Below, in pieces: positions 32,406-41,402 of a stretch of DNA of 64,000 nt. Both the position numbers and the translations under genes were made by a program. Source of the DNA: a virus. Where the stretch lies: IMG/VR virus record IMGVR_UViG_3300029258_003681, one strand, 5' to 3'. Each line of letters begins with the position of its first letter. Within the stretch, counting starts at the first letter, position 1. Under the pieces are notes generated by a model. That model made no database searches and was not told the origin of the DNA. It was given only the letters and a program-made list of their open reading frames with translations.

Positions 32406-33844
32406 TACATTTTCCCGTTTTCGATGAAATCCTTGACCGTCGGCGAGATGTAGAGCTTCTCGGTGCCGCGCGTGATGGCGACGTAGATCAGGTTCATTTC
32501 ATCGGGGTTGATGATTCTGAGTTCGGGATGGTCCTTGTGCGTGTCGATCATAGATGTGAAGTCTGGCGCCAGCTGTACCACTGGGAATTCCATCCCCTTG
32601 GCTTTGTGGCCCGTGGTGTAGGTCACCTTTGAGAATTTGGCGCCAACATCTCGGTGTTTCACTTCGTTGACGATTGTCGGGATCCGTGCTCCGAATTCCT
32701 CGACCAGCTGGCAGGCCGCCTCCAGCTCCTTGCTCTTGACCTTGCCAGCGTACTCCAGAAGATCCTCGAAGGTCTCGAAGGATTTGATGAGCGGATCCTT
32801 GGCCATCTCGGGTTCGTCATTGTAGACGTGGTAGGCATCCAGGACGGATTGGAATCGGTAGTTTCGGTAGTCTCCGCCCACGAACCCGATTGATTTCTTG
32901 CTGAATTGGCACTCTGCGGATGCAGCTCGGAAGATGTGCATGTTCCCGCGTGCGAGCAGCGTGTGCTTGTCTGGTCGGCCGCTTGTCAGGACTTCTGTGG
33001 TCAGCGAGTCCAGGCCCCGTAGTTCGTTTTTCTCGCCTTTGAACCGCTTCAGCAGCGTGCTGGCGAGGGCTGCGACATCGGGGCCGAAGCGGAAGCTTTG
33101 CGAGAGGTACAAATTCTCGGCTCCCTTGACCAGCTTCAGGGCATCGATCGCGCCTCTCCATCCGTAGATGGCCTGATGGGGATCGCCCACTACGATTTTC
33201 TTGCAGTGTTGGTTTTTGACGATATCCCAGACGCAGGGCGTGGTGTCTTGTGCCTCGTCGAGCAGGATGTAGTCGAATCGCAGCTCTGGACCCGAGAGCT
33301 GGTAGAGCTTCAGGTAGCCGTCGTGGGTCATCGGGAGGGTGCGTGGTCTCAGGCTTTTCATGCTGTCCCAGATCATGTCGGCCATTTCGACGAAGGGTGG
33401 TATCTCCTCAGCATCTTGGTAGTAGTCGCGGATCTCGTCGCCGATATGATGGCTGTCGATTTCGGGATCAGGAGACGCCAGAAAATGCTTGACGACGGAG
33501 GATGCGAAGTTTGCCAGGACGATGTTGGTCTCCAGTAGTTTGGCGATTCCCCAGAGGGGCACACTGCCGCGCAGGAGACCCGCATCTCGGTAGGCGCCTC
33601 CGCAGGCTTGGTACGCGAGCGAGTGTGTAGTACGGCTCGTCACGTTCACAGGCATTTTGCGCTCGGCTTCGAGTTGTATTGCCTTATTGAATGCGGCGTA
33701 CAGGATCCTGTCGGCGGGCCGATCCTCCGCGTACTTTTGGAGAGTGAAGGTCTTGCCCGTCCCTGCAAAGGCCGTCACGAGCAAGGATCCCCCTCGACCT
33801 GGCGTTGAATCAATAATCGCTTTTTGTTCATCTGTCAGTTTCAT
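32405..33844 (-). CDS. uvrD: UvrD/Rep-family SF1 helicase
   Basis: AFAGTGKT Walker A, LLDEAQD, VGDPHQAIYGWRGA, LSQSFRFG, TGHKAKGMEF, YVAITRG. Confidence 0.9.
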   Translation of the reverse strand: MKLTDEQKAIIDSTPGRGGSLLVTAFAGTGKTFTLQKYAEDRPADRILYAAFNKAIQLEAERKMPVNVTSRTTHSLAYQACGGAYRDAGLLRGSVPLWGIAKLLETNIVLANFASSVVKHFLASPDPEIDSHHIGDEIRDYYQDAEEIPPFVEMADMIWDSMKSLRPRTLPMTHDGYLKLYQLSGPELRFDYILLDEAQDTTPCVWDIVKNQHCKKIVVGDPHQAIYGWRGAIDALKLVKGAENLYLSQSFRFGPDVAALASTLLKRFKGEKNELRGLDSLTTEVLTSGRPDKHTLLARGNMHIFRAASAECQFSKKSIGFVGGDYRNYRFQSVLDAYHVYNDEPEMAKDPLIKSFETFEDLLEYAGKVKSKELEAACQLVEEFGARIPTIVNEVKHRDVGAKFSKVTYTTGHKAKGMEFPVVQLAPDFTSMIDTHKDHPELRIINPDEMNLIYVAITRGTEKLYISPTVKDFIENGKM

Positions 33845-34011
33845 TCGTCTTCCTCGGTGTTGTCTTCGCAGTCAGGGCAGATGTCTCCGTAGGGGGCTGG
33901 TCGATCATGCCATCCTGATTTGTCAATTTTTTTGATTACTTCGTCTGCATTGTTGCCATGGATTGTGGTAGTCTTTCCGCAGACGCAACATTTGAGTTTG
34001 ATGTGTTTCAT
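33841..34011 (-). CDS. 56-aa Zn-ribbon protein; not in ORF track
   Basis: MKHIKLKCCVCGK...ICPDCEDNTEEDE; GGAG RBS; stop overlaps uvrD start. Confidence 0.65.
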   Translation of the reverse strand: MKHIKLKCCVCGKTTTIHGNNADEVIKKIDKSGWHDRPAPYGDICPDCEDNTEEDE

Positions 34012-34061
34012 CCAGTCGCTCCATTCTCGGGATCTCCCCGAGCATCATTTGGCCTGCTGGA

Positions 34062-34090
34062 ACATTAAAGCCTGTGGGCGCGTTAGTCAA
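34062..34090 (-). promoter_or_regulatory. Leftward sigma70-type promoter
   Basis: TTGACT-17 nt-TAATGT on the minus strand. Confidence 0.7.
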
Positions 34091-34127
34091 CTTGATATTG
34101 CTGGAAAAACTTTCTGGCGAGAAAGGG

Positions 34128-34155
34128 TTGACAAACCCCTCAAAGAGCTTAACAT
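34128..34155 (+). promoter_or_regulatory. Rightward sigma70-type promoter
   Basis: TTGACA-16 nt-TAACAT. Confidence 0.7.
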
Positions 34156-34209
34156 GGCAACAGGAACCTGGAGATGCCTGGCAAGATGTCAGGAGGAGGA
34201 ATTGCATCG

Positions 34210-34425
34210 ATGTCGACAGAAAAGATCAAAGAGAGGCGCGTTCTGGTGCATGGCAAGTTCAAGGGGACGGTCGTTGGAAGTCGTAACCGCCTGGGCCATG
34301 GATTCTGCTACATCGTTGAGTTTGACCAGCCTGGCGGCCCACTGGGATCGAACTTCGGTCCTCAGTATGTCAGGGTGAAGGATGCCAAGCCGCTGGACGA
34401 AAGAGAGGTCGCAAATGGCAACTAA
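34210..34425 (+). CDS. Small SH3/KOW-like hypothetical
   Basis: AGGAGGAG RBS; RVLVHGKFKGTVVG beta pattern. Confidence 0.55.
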   Translation: MSTEKIKERRVLVHGKFKGTVVGSRNRLGHGFCYIVEFDQPGGPLGSNFGPQYVRVKDAKPLDEREVANGN

Positions 34426-34663
34426 TGAGTGGTTCGAAATGACAGACGGTTGTATCGAGAGAAAGAACGGCGAGACTATCGTTTACGATGAGGAGGGGAA
34501 CGAGATGTTCCGCCTCGACTGGGAGGCCGGTATCAATCAGGTGGTCAAGCTCAAGGCTGTCTTTGACAAGGCGTACCGTGTTGGTAGGGTGGTCGGACAG
34601 GACGAGAAGATCAACGAGATGCGCCGGGTGCTGGAGATCCCGGCAGGAGCATTCAGGGAGTAG
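34415..34663 (+). CDS. Hypothetical protein
   Basis: GAGGT RBS, MATNEWFEMTDG. Confidence 0.55.
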   Translation: MATNEWFEMTDGCIERKNGETIVYDEEGNEMFRLDWEAGINQVVKLKAVFDKAYRVGRVVGQDEKINEMRRVLEIPAGAFRE

Positions 34664-34665
34664 GC

Positions 34666-35097
34666 ATGGTTCGAGAAATCGATACAAAAACATGGATCCG
34701 TATCCAGGAGAAATTGGCAGCATATGTGCGTACGCGCACGCGCGAGTGGATAACAGATCCAGACAATGGAAGTACTCCGACGGTACGTGAATTGGCGCGG
34801 CGATATCGGATTCCCCAGGCGGACATCCAGGATATGATCGAGGGGCACGAAGACCTCGATCTGATTATCGGGGTGCAGATTCCTGGCATGGGGTGTTTTG
34901 AAGAGGAGCATATCGGCGACTATCAGGCTGAGTGGATTGGGGAGCATCTTTTTGAGGCTGACATGGATGTTGAGATCGAGGGGAAGCGGGCGAAGCTTCT
35001 GCGACCGTACAGTGATATCAAGGGAGGCTGGATCGTCGATCCGCCGATCGAGGGATTTAGGTACTGGAACGAGGATGCGATGAAGGTGGTGAAGTGA
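34666..35097 (+). CDS. Hypothetical, wHTH-like N-terminus
   Basis: TPTVRELARRYRIPQADIQDMI. Confidence 0.55.
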   Translation: MVREIDTKTWIRIQEKLAAYVRTRTREWITDPDNGSTPTVRELARRYRIPQADIQDMIEGHEDLDLIIGVQIPGMGCFEEEHIGDYQAEWIGEHLFEADMDVEIEGKRAKLLRPYSDIKGGWIVDPPIEGFRYWNEDAMKVVK

Positions 35098-35306
35098 TGG
35101 CTGTTAGAAACATTGAGGTACATCGGGCGCATTGTTGTCGATTTCATGGTTGCAAGTATGGGGCTGAGGATTGCCCTGTGGTGAGCGGGGGAACAGGGCA
35201 GTTCTATCCTTGTGAGGTGTGCCGTATGTATGGGATCCTTACCATTGGGCCTTTGAAAAAACGCCCTCATCGAGGGCGTGTGTTAAGGGATGAAAGGGAT
35301 GACTAA
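35097..35306 (+). CDS. Cys/His-rich small protein, paralog 1
   Basis: HRAHCCRFHGCKYGAEDCPV...CEVC. Confidence 0.6.
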   Translation: MAVRNIEVHRAHCCRFHGCKYGAEDCPVVSGGTGQFYPCEVCRMYGILTIGPLKKRPHRGRVLRDERDD

Positions 35307-35580
35307 GAAGGAGTTTTTATTGCGTGTTAGCAAGATGCGATGCCCGCAACTCCATGAGGGGGTTGATTCCGATTGTATTTTTCTTAATAGGTGCTGGTTT
35401 GTGGAAGATGAAACCGAGGAAGAATTAAAGAATCGATTTTGGCTGCCTGGTGTGCGATTATCAAGTAGACAATACCGACGAAATGACGCGAGTGTACTTG
35501 AAGCTTACTACAGGCGAGAGACTAAGACACGTGAGCGTTATGTACGGTGGCTCGCCGAATGTCAGGAAAGCGAGAAGTGA
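35290..35580 (+). CDS. Hypothetical protein
   Basis: Fills gap between paralogs with overlapping start and stop. Confidence 0.5.
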   Translation: MKGMTKKEFLLRVSKMRCPQLHEGVDSDCIFLNRCWFVEDETEEELKNRFWLPGVRLSSRQYRRNDASVLEAYYRRETKTRERYVRWLAECQESEK

Positions 35581-35840
35581 TGGCTGTTAGAAACATTGAG
35601 GTACATCGGGCGCATTGTTGTCGGCTTCATGGTTGCAAGTACGGGGCTGAGGATTGCCCTGTTGCGATGGGAGAGTTTGTACAATTTTCCCTTTGTGAGG
35701 TGTGCTGTCAGGATGGAATTCTTACCATGTCAGAGCTGAGGGCTGTGACCCTTGGATCTTTGAAAACGTGCCCTCATTGTGGGCATGTGTTGAGGGATCA
35801 GGAAAAAGCCGAGCATCAAGAAAGCGAGGGTGAAGTTTGA
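35580..35840 (+). CDS. Cys/His-rich small protein, paralog 2
   Basis: HRAHCCRLHGCKYGAEDCPV...CEVC...CPHCGH. Confidence 0.6.
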   Translation: MAVRNIEVHRAHCCRLHGCKYGAEDCPVAMGEFVQFSLCEVCCQDGILTMSELRAVTLGSLKTCPHCGHVLRDQEKAEHQESEGEV

Positions 35841-36010
35841 AATGGATATGCAAAAAGATATGTTCTTGGTTTGGCCATAGTTTCGATCCAATTGATCTAC
35901 TCATGTTTGAACTAAAGTGCGCGGCTCTGAACTCGCGGCAGTTAGATCCAAGGATAACTTGTAGGAGGTGCGGTCTTGTAATCAGAAAGCGAGGGTGTTG
36001 TGATGAGTGA
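35837..36010 (+). CDS. Small Zn-binding protein (TTG start); not in ORF track
   Basis: KKICSWFGHSF...TCRRCG, a DUF1660-like pattern. Confidence 0.45.
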   Translation: MKWICKKICSWFGHSFDPIDLLMFELKCAALNSRQLDPRITCRRCGLVIRKRGCCDE

Positions 36011-36416
36011 GAGATGTATGATTTGCGGTGCTGCTCTGACAACTGGAGGCTGTCCTAATTGTTTGGATGCCACACATGTGAGATTACGGGGGCCAGCCAA
36101 AGAGCCCAGTGTGCCGTGCCAGTCTTGTGCGCTCCTTACCACTGCCCTCGCCGAGCGGGACAAGGAGATCGAGCGGTTGCGAATGGCACTACAAACACTG
36201 TTGCCTGGAGTTGAGCGTGTAAACGAAACAAGCGTTGAAGCACATCTCGCTACTGGTAGGTTTTATCTCAATGTTGCCGGGAACGTAACAATAGTTGAAG
36301 GAGACGTGTGTCGAGATCCGAGAAGAGGGATGGTGTGGACGTCGGACGATATTCAAGAAATTGAAGAGAAGTTCAATGCGCCGATACGTGCTGCGCTGAA
36401 GGAAAGCGAGGGGTGA
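36003..36416 (+). CDS. Hypothetical with N-terminal Zn knuckles and coiled coil
   Basis: CMIC..CPNC, CQSC, ALAERDKEIERL. Confidence 0.55.
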   Translation: MSERCMICGAALTTGGCPNCLDATHVRLRGPAKEPSVPCQSCALLTTALAERDKEIERLRMALQTLLPGVERVNETSVEAHLATGRFYLNVAGNVTIVEGDVCRDPRRGMVWTSDDIQEIEEKFNAPIRAALKESEG

Positions 36417-36640
36417 TGGCATTACCGAGTGATCGACAACAGGCGTACAAGCTGCGTATCGAGAATCGTCGATTTGAAGCTGAGAACAAAAAACTCAAGG
36501 CTGAGATTGAGCGCTTGCACACTGGTGCTTTGAAGATGGCGAGGATAATCGCGGCGGACCGCAACAATTGGTCCGAGGTCGGGGTTTCCTTCGACAAAAC
36601 GCCAGAGGATATTTTGGCCGAATTTGACATGGAGAGGTGA
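36416..36640 (+). CDS. Hypothetical coiled-coil protein
   Basis: ENRRFEAENKKLKAEIERL. Confidence 0.55.
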   Translation: MALPSDRQQAYKLRIENRRFEAENKKLKAEIERLHTGALKMARIIAADRNNWSEVGVSFDKTPEDILAEFDMER

Positions 36641-36641
36641 C

Positions 36642-37625
36642 ATGGATTTCAAGAAAATGGCTCAGGACAATATGATCCTGAAAATACGGGTTGGATCTCA
36701 TCTTTTCGGGACGAGTACTCCCGACAGCGATGAGGACTATTTCGGTGTGTTTATGCCGTGCGACGAGACGATCTTTGGGTTTCAGAGATGTGACGAAGTG
36801 GATCTCGGCGTGGTGGACAAGGACGACACAGGGCGCAACACGGCGGAGGCGGTCGACTTCAAGATCCACGATTACCGAAAGTTTGTGAAGACGGTGATGG
36901 AGAATAATCCAAATTTCATGCACGCGATCTTTGTGAACGAGGAGAACATCTTGTTCAAGGACGAACTGGGGTTCGCGGATCGGTTGCTGGCGCTGAAGCA
37001 TCGAATCGTCCACAAGGGGGCGTATCGGCGATTCATAAAGTACGCTGATTCTCAGCTGCACAAGATGCGGATCAAACCCGCGAACTATGCTGCGCTGGAG
37101 CGCGGGTTGGAGCTGTTGGAAGAAGAGTTCGATCCAGATAACGTGCTGGCTGATGTCACGGCGAGGTACACTGGAACGGACCTGATATTTGTTGACCAGG
37201 GCAAGGGAAAGCACGTCAAGTGTGGGGATCTGTTTATAGAGCGTGGAACCTTTGTGAAAAAGGCCAAGAAGATGATTCGGCATCGGCTGGCTAACGCGAC
37301 GAGCAGGCACGTGCTTTTCACGAAATACGGCTACGATACAAAGTTCGCGTCGAATCTGATCCATCTTTTGATGACGGGCAGGGAGATCATGGAGACTGGC
37401 AGGATCAAGTTTCCATTGACCTACGCCAACCACGTTCTCGATGTGAAGCAGGGCAAGTACTCGGTGGATGAGATTGAGAAGTGGGCCGAGCAGCTGAAGG
37501 AGGAGGCTCGGGTGGCTTACGAGGAGACCGAGGTACGGGCGAAGCCAGCTGCCGATCTTGAGAAGTTCGCCATGCGCGAGCTGTATAAATGGTCGCAACT
37601 GACAACGAAACTCAAGGAGGAGTAA
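36642..37625 (+). CDS. DNA polymerase beta-superfamily nucleotidyltransferase (RlaP/PF10127-like)
   Basis: GSHLFGTSTPDSDEDYFGVF (GS..G....SDxD), ENNPNFMH, YDTKFASNLIHLL. Confidence 0.85.
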   Translation: MDFKKMAQDNMILKIRVGSHLFGTSTPDSDEDYFGVFMPCDETIFGFQRCDEVDLGVVDKDDTGRNTAEAVDFKIHDYRKFVKTVMENNPNFMHAIFVNEENILFKDELGFADRLLALKHRIVHKGAYRRFIKYADSQLHKMRIKPANYAALERGLELLEEEFDPDNVLADVTARYTGTDLIFVDQGKGKHVKCGDLFIERGTFVKKAKKMIRHRLANATSRHVLFTKYGYDTKFASNLIHLLMTGREIMETGRIKFPLTYANHVLDVKQGKYSVDEIEKWAEQLKEEARVAYEETEVRAKPAADLEKFAMRELYKWSQLTTKLKEE

Positions 37626-37822
37626 TGGATCCGAACGAGACATTGAGACAGATGCGGCGTTTGGCGAAGCGCATCGTCGAGGATCGTGGTCGGCTTGCTC
37701 GGGGGTGGATCACGGAGATGCCGTTAGATGATGTTGTCCAATTGGCCGAGTGGTTTGAGAGCTTGGACGAGTGGATGTCGCGGGGAGGATTCCCGCCAGA
37801 GGAATGGAAGGGAGGAGCGTGA
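37625..37822 (+). CDS. Small phage hypothetical
   Basis: MDPNETL...LAEWFESLDEWMSRGGFPPEEW. Confidence 0.6.
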   Translation: MDPNETLRQMRRLAKRIVEDRGRLARGWITEMPLDDVVQLAEWFESLDEWMSRGGFPPEEWKGGA

Positions 37823-38124
37823 TGAAAGCTATGTTTATGGTCATGGTCGAGCCGTCTCCTGCTATTCTTGTCCGAGGGGAGGGAGGAGCAGGTCCTCTTC
37901 CGTTGCCTAAAGAGACGATGGATGGTGACGAGAGTTACGAGGCCAAGGTTGCTGCGGCGATCATGAGTTGGTTGGTCATGGGCTATGATGCTTATGAAAA
38001 ATTCAAAGAGGTTGTGCGTTTTGCGATGAAATCCACGCGGGAGTCTGGGATTACAGAATGGAGTATCACTAGTGATGATATTGACGAGTGGGTGGTATTA
38101 GGCATGAAGCCGACACGGACATAA
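37822..38124 (+). CDS. Hypothetical protein
   Basis: GGAGGAG RBS, overlap with previous stop. Confidence 0.55.
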   Translation: MKAMFMVMVEPSPAILVRGEGGAGPLPLPKETMDGDESYEAKVAAAIMSWLVMGYDAYEKFKEVVRFAMKSTRESGITEWSITSDDIDEWVVLGMKPTRT

Positions 38125-38138
38125 AGAGGAGCGTGAGG

Positions 38139-38540
38139 ATGAAGTGGAAGAAAAAAGGAAAGTATCGCCGTGCTCAGTCAGGCGAAGTTCTTTTTCGTAT
38201 TCTTGAGGATGGTGGTCAGTGTTTCTTGAGCTGGCGAGAACCTTCTGGTTCTTGGGGTGGTGGAGAGTCTTTTTCAAGTCGAGCAGAGGCTGAGTTGGTT
38301 GCCGAAAGAGTGGCTATTGCTTGTTTGAAGATCGCGATTAAGAATCAGGAGATTCTCAACAAAAGGCGCGAGGCTGCGGAGAGACTTTCTAATATAGATC
38401 CAGCTGACAAAGCACTGATGCGACTGTTTGATTTATATAAGACTTCTGATTTGAAGACGCGTGAATCTATGCGTCAGGAGATTCCAGACGTTGTAGAAGC
38501 CTTTGACAGTATAATTGCTGAGGAAAAAGGAGGGGTGTGA
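38139..38540 (+). CDS. Hypothetical protein
   Basis: GAGGAG RBS. Confidence 0.55.
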   Translation: MKWKKKGKYRRAQSGEVLFRILEDGGQCFLSWREPSGSWGGGESFSSRAEAELVAERVAIACLKIAIKNQEILNKRREAAERLSNIDPADKALMRLFDLYKTSDLKTRESMRQEIPDVVEAFDSIIAEEKGGV

Positions 38541-38905
38541 TGTCGAGGAGAATGAAATCAGTTTTGATGAGGATCGGGGGAGTGGTTATTGGATGTGGAA
38601 TTGGACCGTTATCCCTGTGGCTTGGTTGGCCCGAGTCGATCATCTGGATTCTGATGGCTGTATCGCTGATGTTTTACTGCTTCAGCATGATCATCCTGTT
38701 TGGATTGCCGCTGCCGCCAGCGAAGGGATCGATATGCTACATTTGTGGTGCTGAGGCCGAGTATGCGATCCATCACTCTTGGTCGCCTCCCTCGGTCATC
38801 AATCCTCCAGAGGCGATTTCGGTCTGCGAGAATCACAGGGATGCGAGCGCGGCCAGGGGCAGGATATGGGCGGATGGAAAATTTCACTATCTAAATAGGA
38901 GTTGA
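38540..38905 (+). CDS. Two-TM membrane protein with C-terminal CxxC...CxxH
   Basis: Hydrophobic helices followed by CYICG and VCENH. Confidence 0.55.
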   Translation: MSRRMKSVLMRIGGVVIGCGIGPLSLWLGWPESIIWILMAVSLMFYCFSMIILFGLPLPPAKGSICYICGAEAEYAIHHSWSPPSVINPPEAISVCENHRDASAARGRIWADGKFHYLNRS

Positions 38906-38915
38906 ATAGCCCAAA

Positions 38916-38931
38916 ACGAACTCCAGTTCGC
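38916..38931. repeat. 16-bp palindrome copy 5 (ACGAACTCCAGTTCGC, 1 mismatch)
   Basis: Intergenic after stop at 38905. Confidence 0.85.
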
Positions 38932-39123
38932 GATTGGCACTGGTGACTAAGTCTGCGTAATCTAAAAGGAATGTCGAATGTTGAAAACAGGGCTTGACTC
39001 GGCGCGTATAATTACCCCATATTGCTCTCCCGTCAATATTCAAAAAATCATCCAAGCTCGAACCAAGGGAACACGGAGAGGGTATTATAGGGGTTAACAA
39101 ACCCAAAAAAGGCCGTAACAGGG

Positions 39124-39152
39124 TTGACAAACGCTGAGAGAGGATTTATGAT
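39124..39152 (+). promoter_or_regulatory. Sigma70-type promoter
   Basis: TTGACA-17 nt-TATGAT. Confidence 0.75.
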
Positions 39153-39199
39153 CCTAGCAACCTGGAGATACCGACCGAGATGGTCGGAGGAGGTTCAAG

Positions 39200-39436
39200 A
39201 TGGCCAAGGTAAGAATATTTGATAGGCGTGACGAGGACGAGAAGGAGCTTTTCGTCTCTGTCGAATTCGAACAAGTCGACATACTGGAGTCGGGAAACCT
39301 CGGTGCCCTTGGGCGCGAGAAGGAGACGGCTCTTCTCACGGCACTGGGGAAGGTCACGGCGCTGGAGGCGGAGCTAGTCTCGGCCAAGCGCGCCCTCCTG
39401 CTGCAATTGCAGGTTGTTCGTGCAGAAAACGAATAG
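39200..39436 (+). CDS. Hypothetical protein
   Basis: GGAGGAGG RBS. Confidence 0.6.
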   Translation: MAKVRIFDRRDEDEKELFVSVEFEQVDILESGNLGALGREKETALLTALGKVTALEAELVSAKRALLLQLQVVRAENE

Positions 39437-39447
39437 GGGAGCGTACG

Positions 39448-40092
39448 TTGAAACTGAAAAACAACACTGACTTCCCTGATTGGTTCCTGCGGAGGATGAT
39501 CTCATGGGTCTGCAAGAACGGGCATATCGGGTGGTCGACGAAGAAGATCCGAGGGGGCGTTGAGGTCCGCAATCGCAACAAGCGGTACGCGAGCAGTTCT
39601 GGGTGTGCATGGCCGAGGGGCGAGCGGATGGTTTTGTCGATCGGTACGCTCGATGTCTTCCGTCCTTACCTTCTCGATGAGAATGGGAAGCACATCAAGA
39701 ACGATGACGGCCATGGTTTCAAAGTTGCGGACGAACCAGATCGGGCGGCGCGAATCCGTACGCTGGTGGAGCTGACCGCGCACGAGGTCACGCATCTCGC
39801 GCAGTGGGAGAAGACTTCGGATAAGGGCAGGTACTCTGAGAAGGAGGCGGATCGGGTAGCTAGATGGGTGCTGGAGGATTTCAAAAAGGAGGAGGCTGCA
39901 TTGACGGCGGCTTGGATGGAGCCACCGAAATACGCGACAAAGCCAAAAAAGGAGAAGCCGACGATCAAGGAGAGGAACGCGGCGAAGGCCAGGGCCAACC
40001 TAAAGACCTGGGAGCGCAAGCTGAAGCTGGCGAAAACCAAATGGAAGAAATACGAACAACAGGTTCGTCGGTACGAGAAGGAGGGGTATTGA
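39448..40092 (+). CDS. Zincin/SprT-like HExxH protein with basic coiled-coil tail
   Basis: TAHEVTHLAQW...SEKEAD; TTG start. Confidence 0.6.
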   Translation: MKLKNNTDFPDWFLRRMISWVCKNGHIGWSTKKIRGGVEVRNRNKRYASSSGCAWPRGERMVLSIGTLDVFRPYLLDENGKHIKNDDGHGFKVADEPDRAARIRTLVELTAHEVTHLAQWEKTSDKGRYSEKEADRVARWVLEDFKKEEAALTAAWMEPPKYATKPKKEKPTIKERNAAKARANLKTWERKLKLAKTKWKKYEQQVRRYEKEGY

Positions 40093-40367
40093 TGAAAACC
40101 GTATGGATTCCTGGCGAGGCGTATTGCCACGCCCTCGAATGCATTGATCCTGAGAAATCGGATCTGATGGGCGAGGCGATCCAGACTCGGAACTACAAGC
40201 GTGGTAGGTCGAGCCACTTGGTGAAGGCCACTACAGAGCTGGCAAAGTGGTTCAGAGGCGAGGCTGAGTTCTGGAGTGGCCACGGGGTAGATCCTGATAG
40301 CAAATGGCGCGTGCGACCATGCAGGGTTGCTGCCAAGCGCATCGAGAAGGCGCTGGAGGAGAGATGA
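40092..40367 (+). CDS. Hypothetical protein
   Basis: GGAGGGG RBS, TGATG overlap. Confidence 0.55.
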   Translation: MKTVWIPGEAYCHALECIDPEKSDLMGEAIQTRNYKRGRSSHLVKATTELAKWFRGEAEFWSGHGVDPDSKWRVRPCRVAAKRIEKALEER

Positions 40368-40648
40368 AGTTTTATTGTGTGACATATCGAGACGAGTCTG
40401 CGCCAGAGGGTATCGGGTTCGACATTTTTCGATCGAAGGCTGCTGCTAAGTCGTGCGCGGCTGAAATTCGCAGGATTTGCAGGAAGCAGGCGAGGGATTT
40501 GCAGGCCCAGGTGGAAGGTAAGGAGTTGGATTATTCACCTTCCATAGTCGACGAGGAATATACCGACATCGAGGTTGTGGAGATTCCCGAAGGTCTGACG
40601 CCGAAGGAGATGATTTTCTGGGCGCTCAAATGGCAAGTTGTTTGTTGA
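40364..40648 (+). CDS. Hypothetical protein
   Basis: GGAGGAG RBS. Confidence 0.55.
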   Translation: MKFYCVTYRDESAPEGIGFDIFRSKAAAKSCAAEIRRICRKQARDLQAQVEGKELDYSPSIVDEEYTDIEVVEIPEGLTPKEMIFWALKWQVVC

Positions 40649-40659
40649 GGAGGAATATT

Positions 40660-41109
40660 ATGGATGAAACTTTGGTGGAATGGCGCAAACACAAGCGTGA
40701 GGCGGTTCATGATTACGATCGGAAGCTGGAGCTGACGAAGGATGGGATCCCGTGTCCGACTACTGCTCAGATCGGTCTCAAGCTGGTGGAAGCAGGGGAT
40801 GCGATATCAATCTCGTTGCTGGGTGGTATGTCGCACGGCAGCGTGGCATTCACAAAGGACCAGAACAAGGCGTTCGAACGGTGGTTCCCGACGGACGATT
40901 CGGAGCCGACTAATGAGTTGGAGCGGGCCGGATCGTTCCGCAATCTGATGCGGCATGTCGAGGCACACGGGGTGCGCTTGATGGGATTCCTTGCAGGCCG
41001 TAGACTATTGGAACCTGGTCGTGATCCCGTCCTTACGCTCGCGGAGATGCTGGAGGATTACCTGGAGGAGCCCGTTGTGGATTTGACAGAGGAAGAAGAG
41101 ACAACATGA
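40660..41109 (+). CDS. Hypothetical protein
   Basis: GAGGAGG RBS. Confidence 0.55.
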   Translation: MDETLVEWRKHKREAVHDYDRKLELTKDGIPCPTTAQIGLKLVEAGDAISISLLGGMSHGSVAFTKDQNKAFERWFPTDDSEPTNELERAGSFRNLMRHVEAHGVRLMGFLAGRRLLEPGRDPVLTLAEMLEDYLEEPVVDLTEEEETT

Positions 41110-41402
41110 GGTGTTTGCGTTGTGGATACTGCTGCAAGCGGTCCTGGGTGGTCATCGTTATTGATCCTGCTCTAGGGCCTATTGATAGCAACCTGAAAGC
41201 GATAGATCTCATTCAGGATGGTCCTTGTCCTCACCTTCGAGGAGATAAGCCAGGAGAGCATTCTTGTGCAGTCCATGATGAGCCGTGGTACAAGGAGACA
41301 CCTTGTTTTAGTCATGGTCAAATCGAACGATCGCTAAATGATGAGTGTCGGATGGGTGCTTACATCCTATCCAGGGAAAGTGAGGAAGAAGATGACAATT
41401 AG
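41106..41402 (+). CDS. CxxCxxCC (YkgJ-like) Zn/Fe-chelating domain protein
   Basis: CLRCGYCC...CPHL...CAVH...PC. Confidence 0.7.
   Translation: MRCLRCGYCCKRSWVVIVIDPALGPIDSNLKAIDLIQDGPCPHLRGDKPGEHSCAVHDEPWYKETPCFSHGQIERSLNDECRMGAYILSRESEEEDDN

Larger units (their letters stand above)
35091..35662 (+). repeat. 89-bp direct repeat (35091-35179 and 35574-35662)
   Basis: 86/89 identical by manual alignment. Confidence 0.9.

Noticed and set aside
31250-34011. Integrated element or att site at the tRNA 3' end
   Set aside because: No integrase and no duplicated tRNA 3' fragment found; the block has the same promoter signature as the rest of the genome
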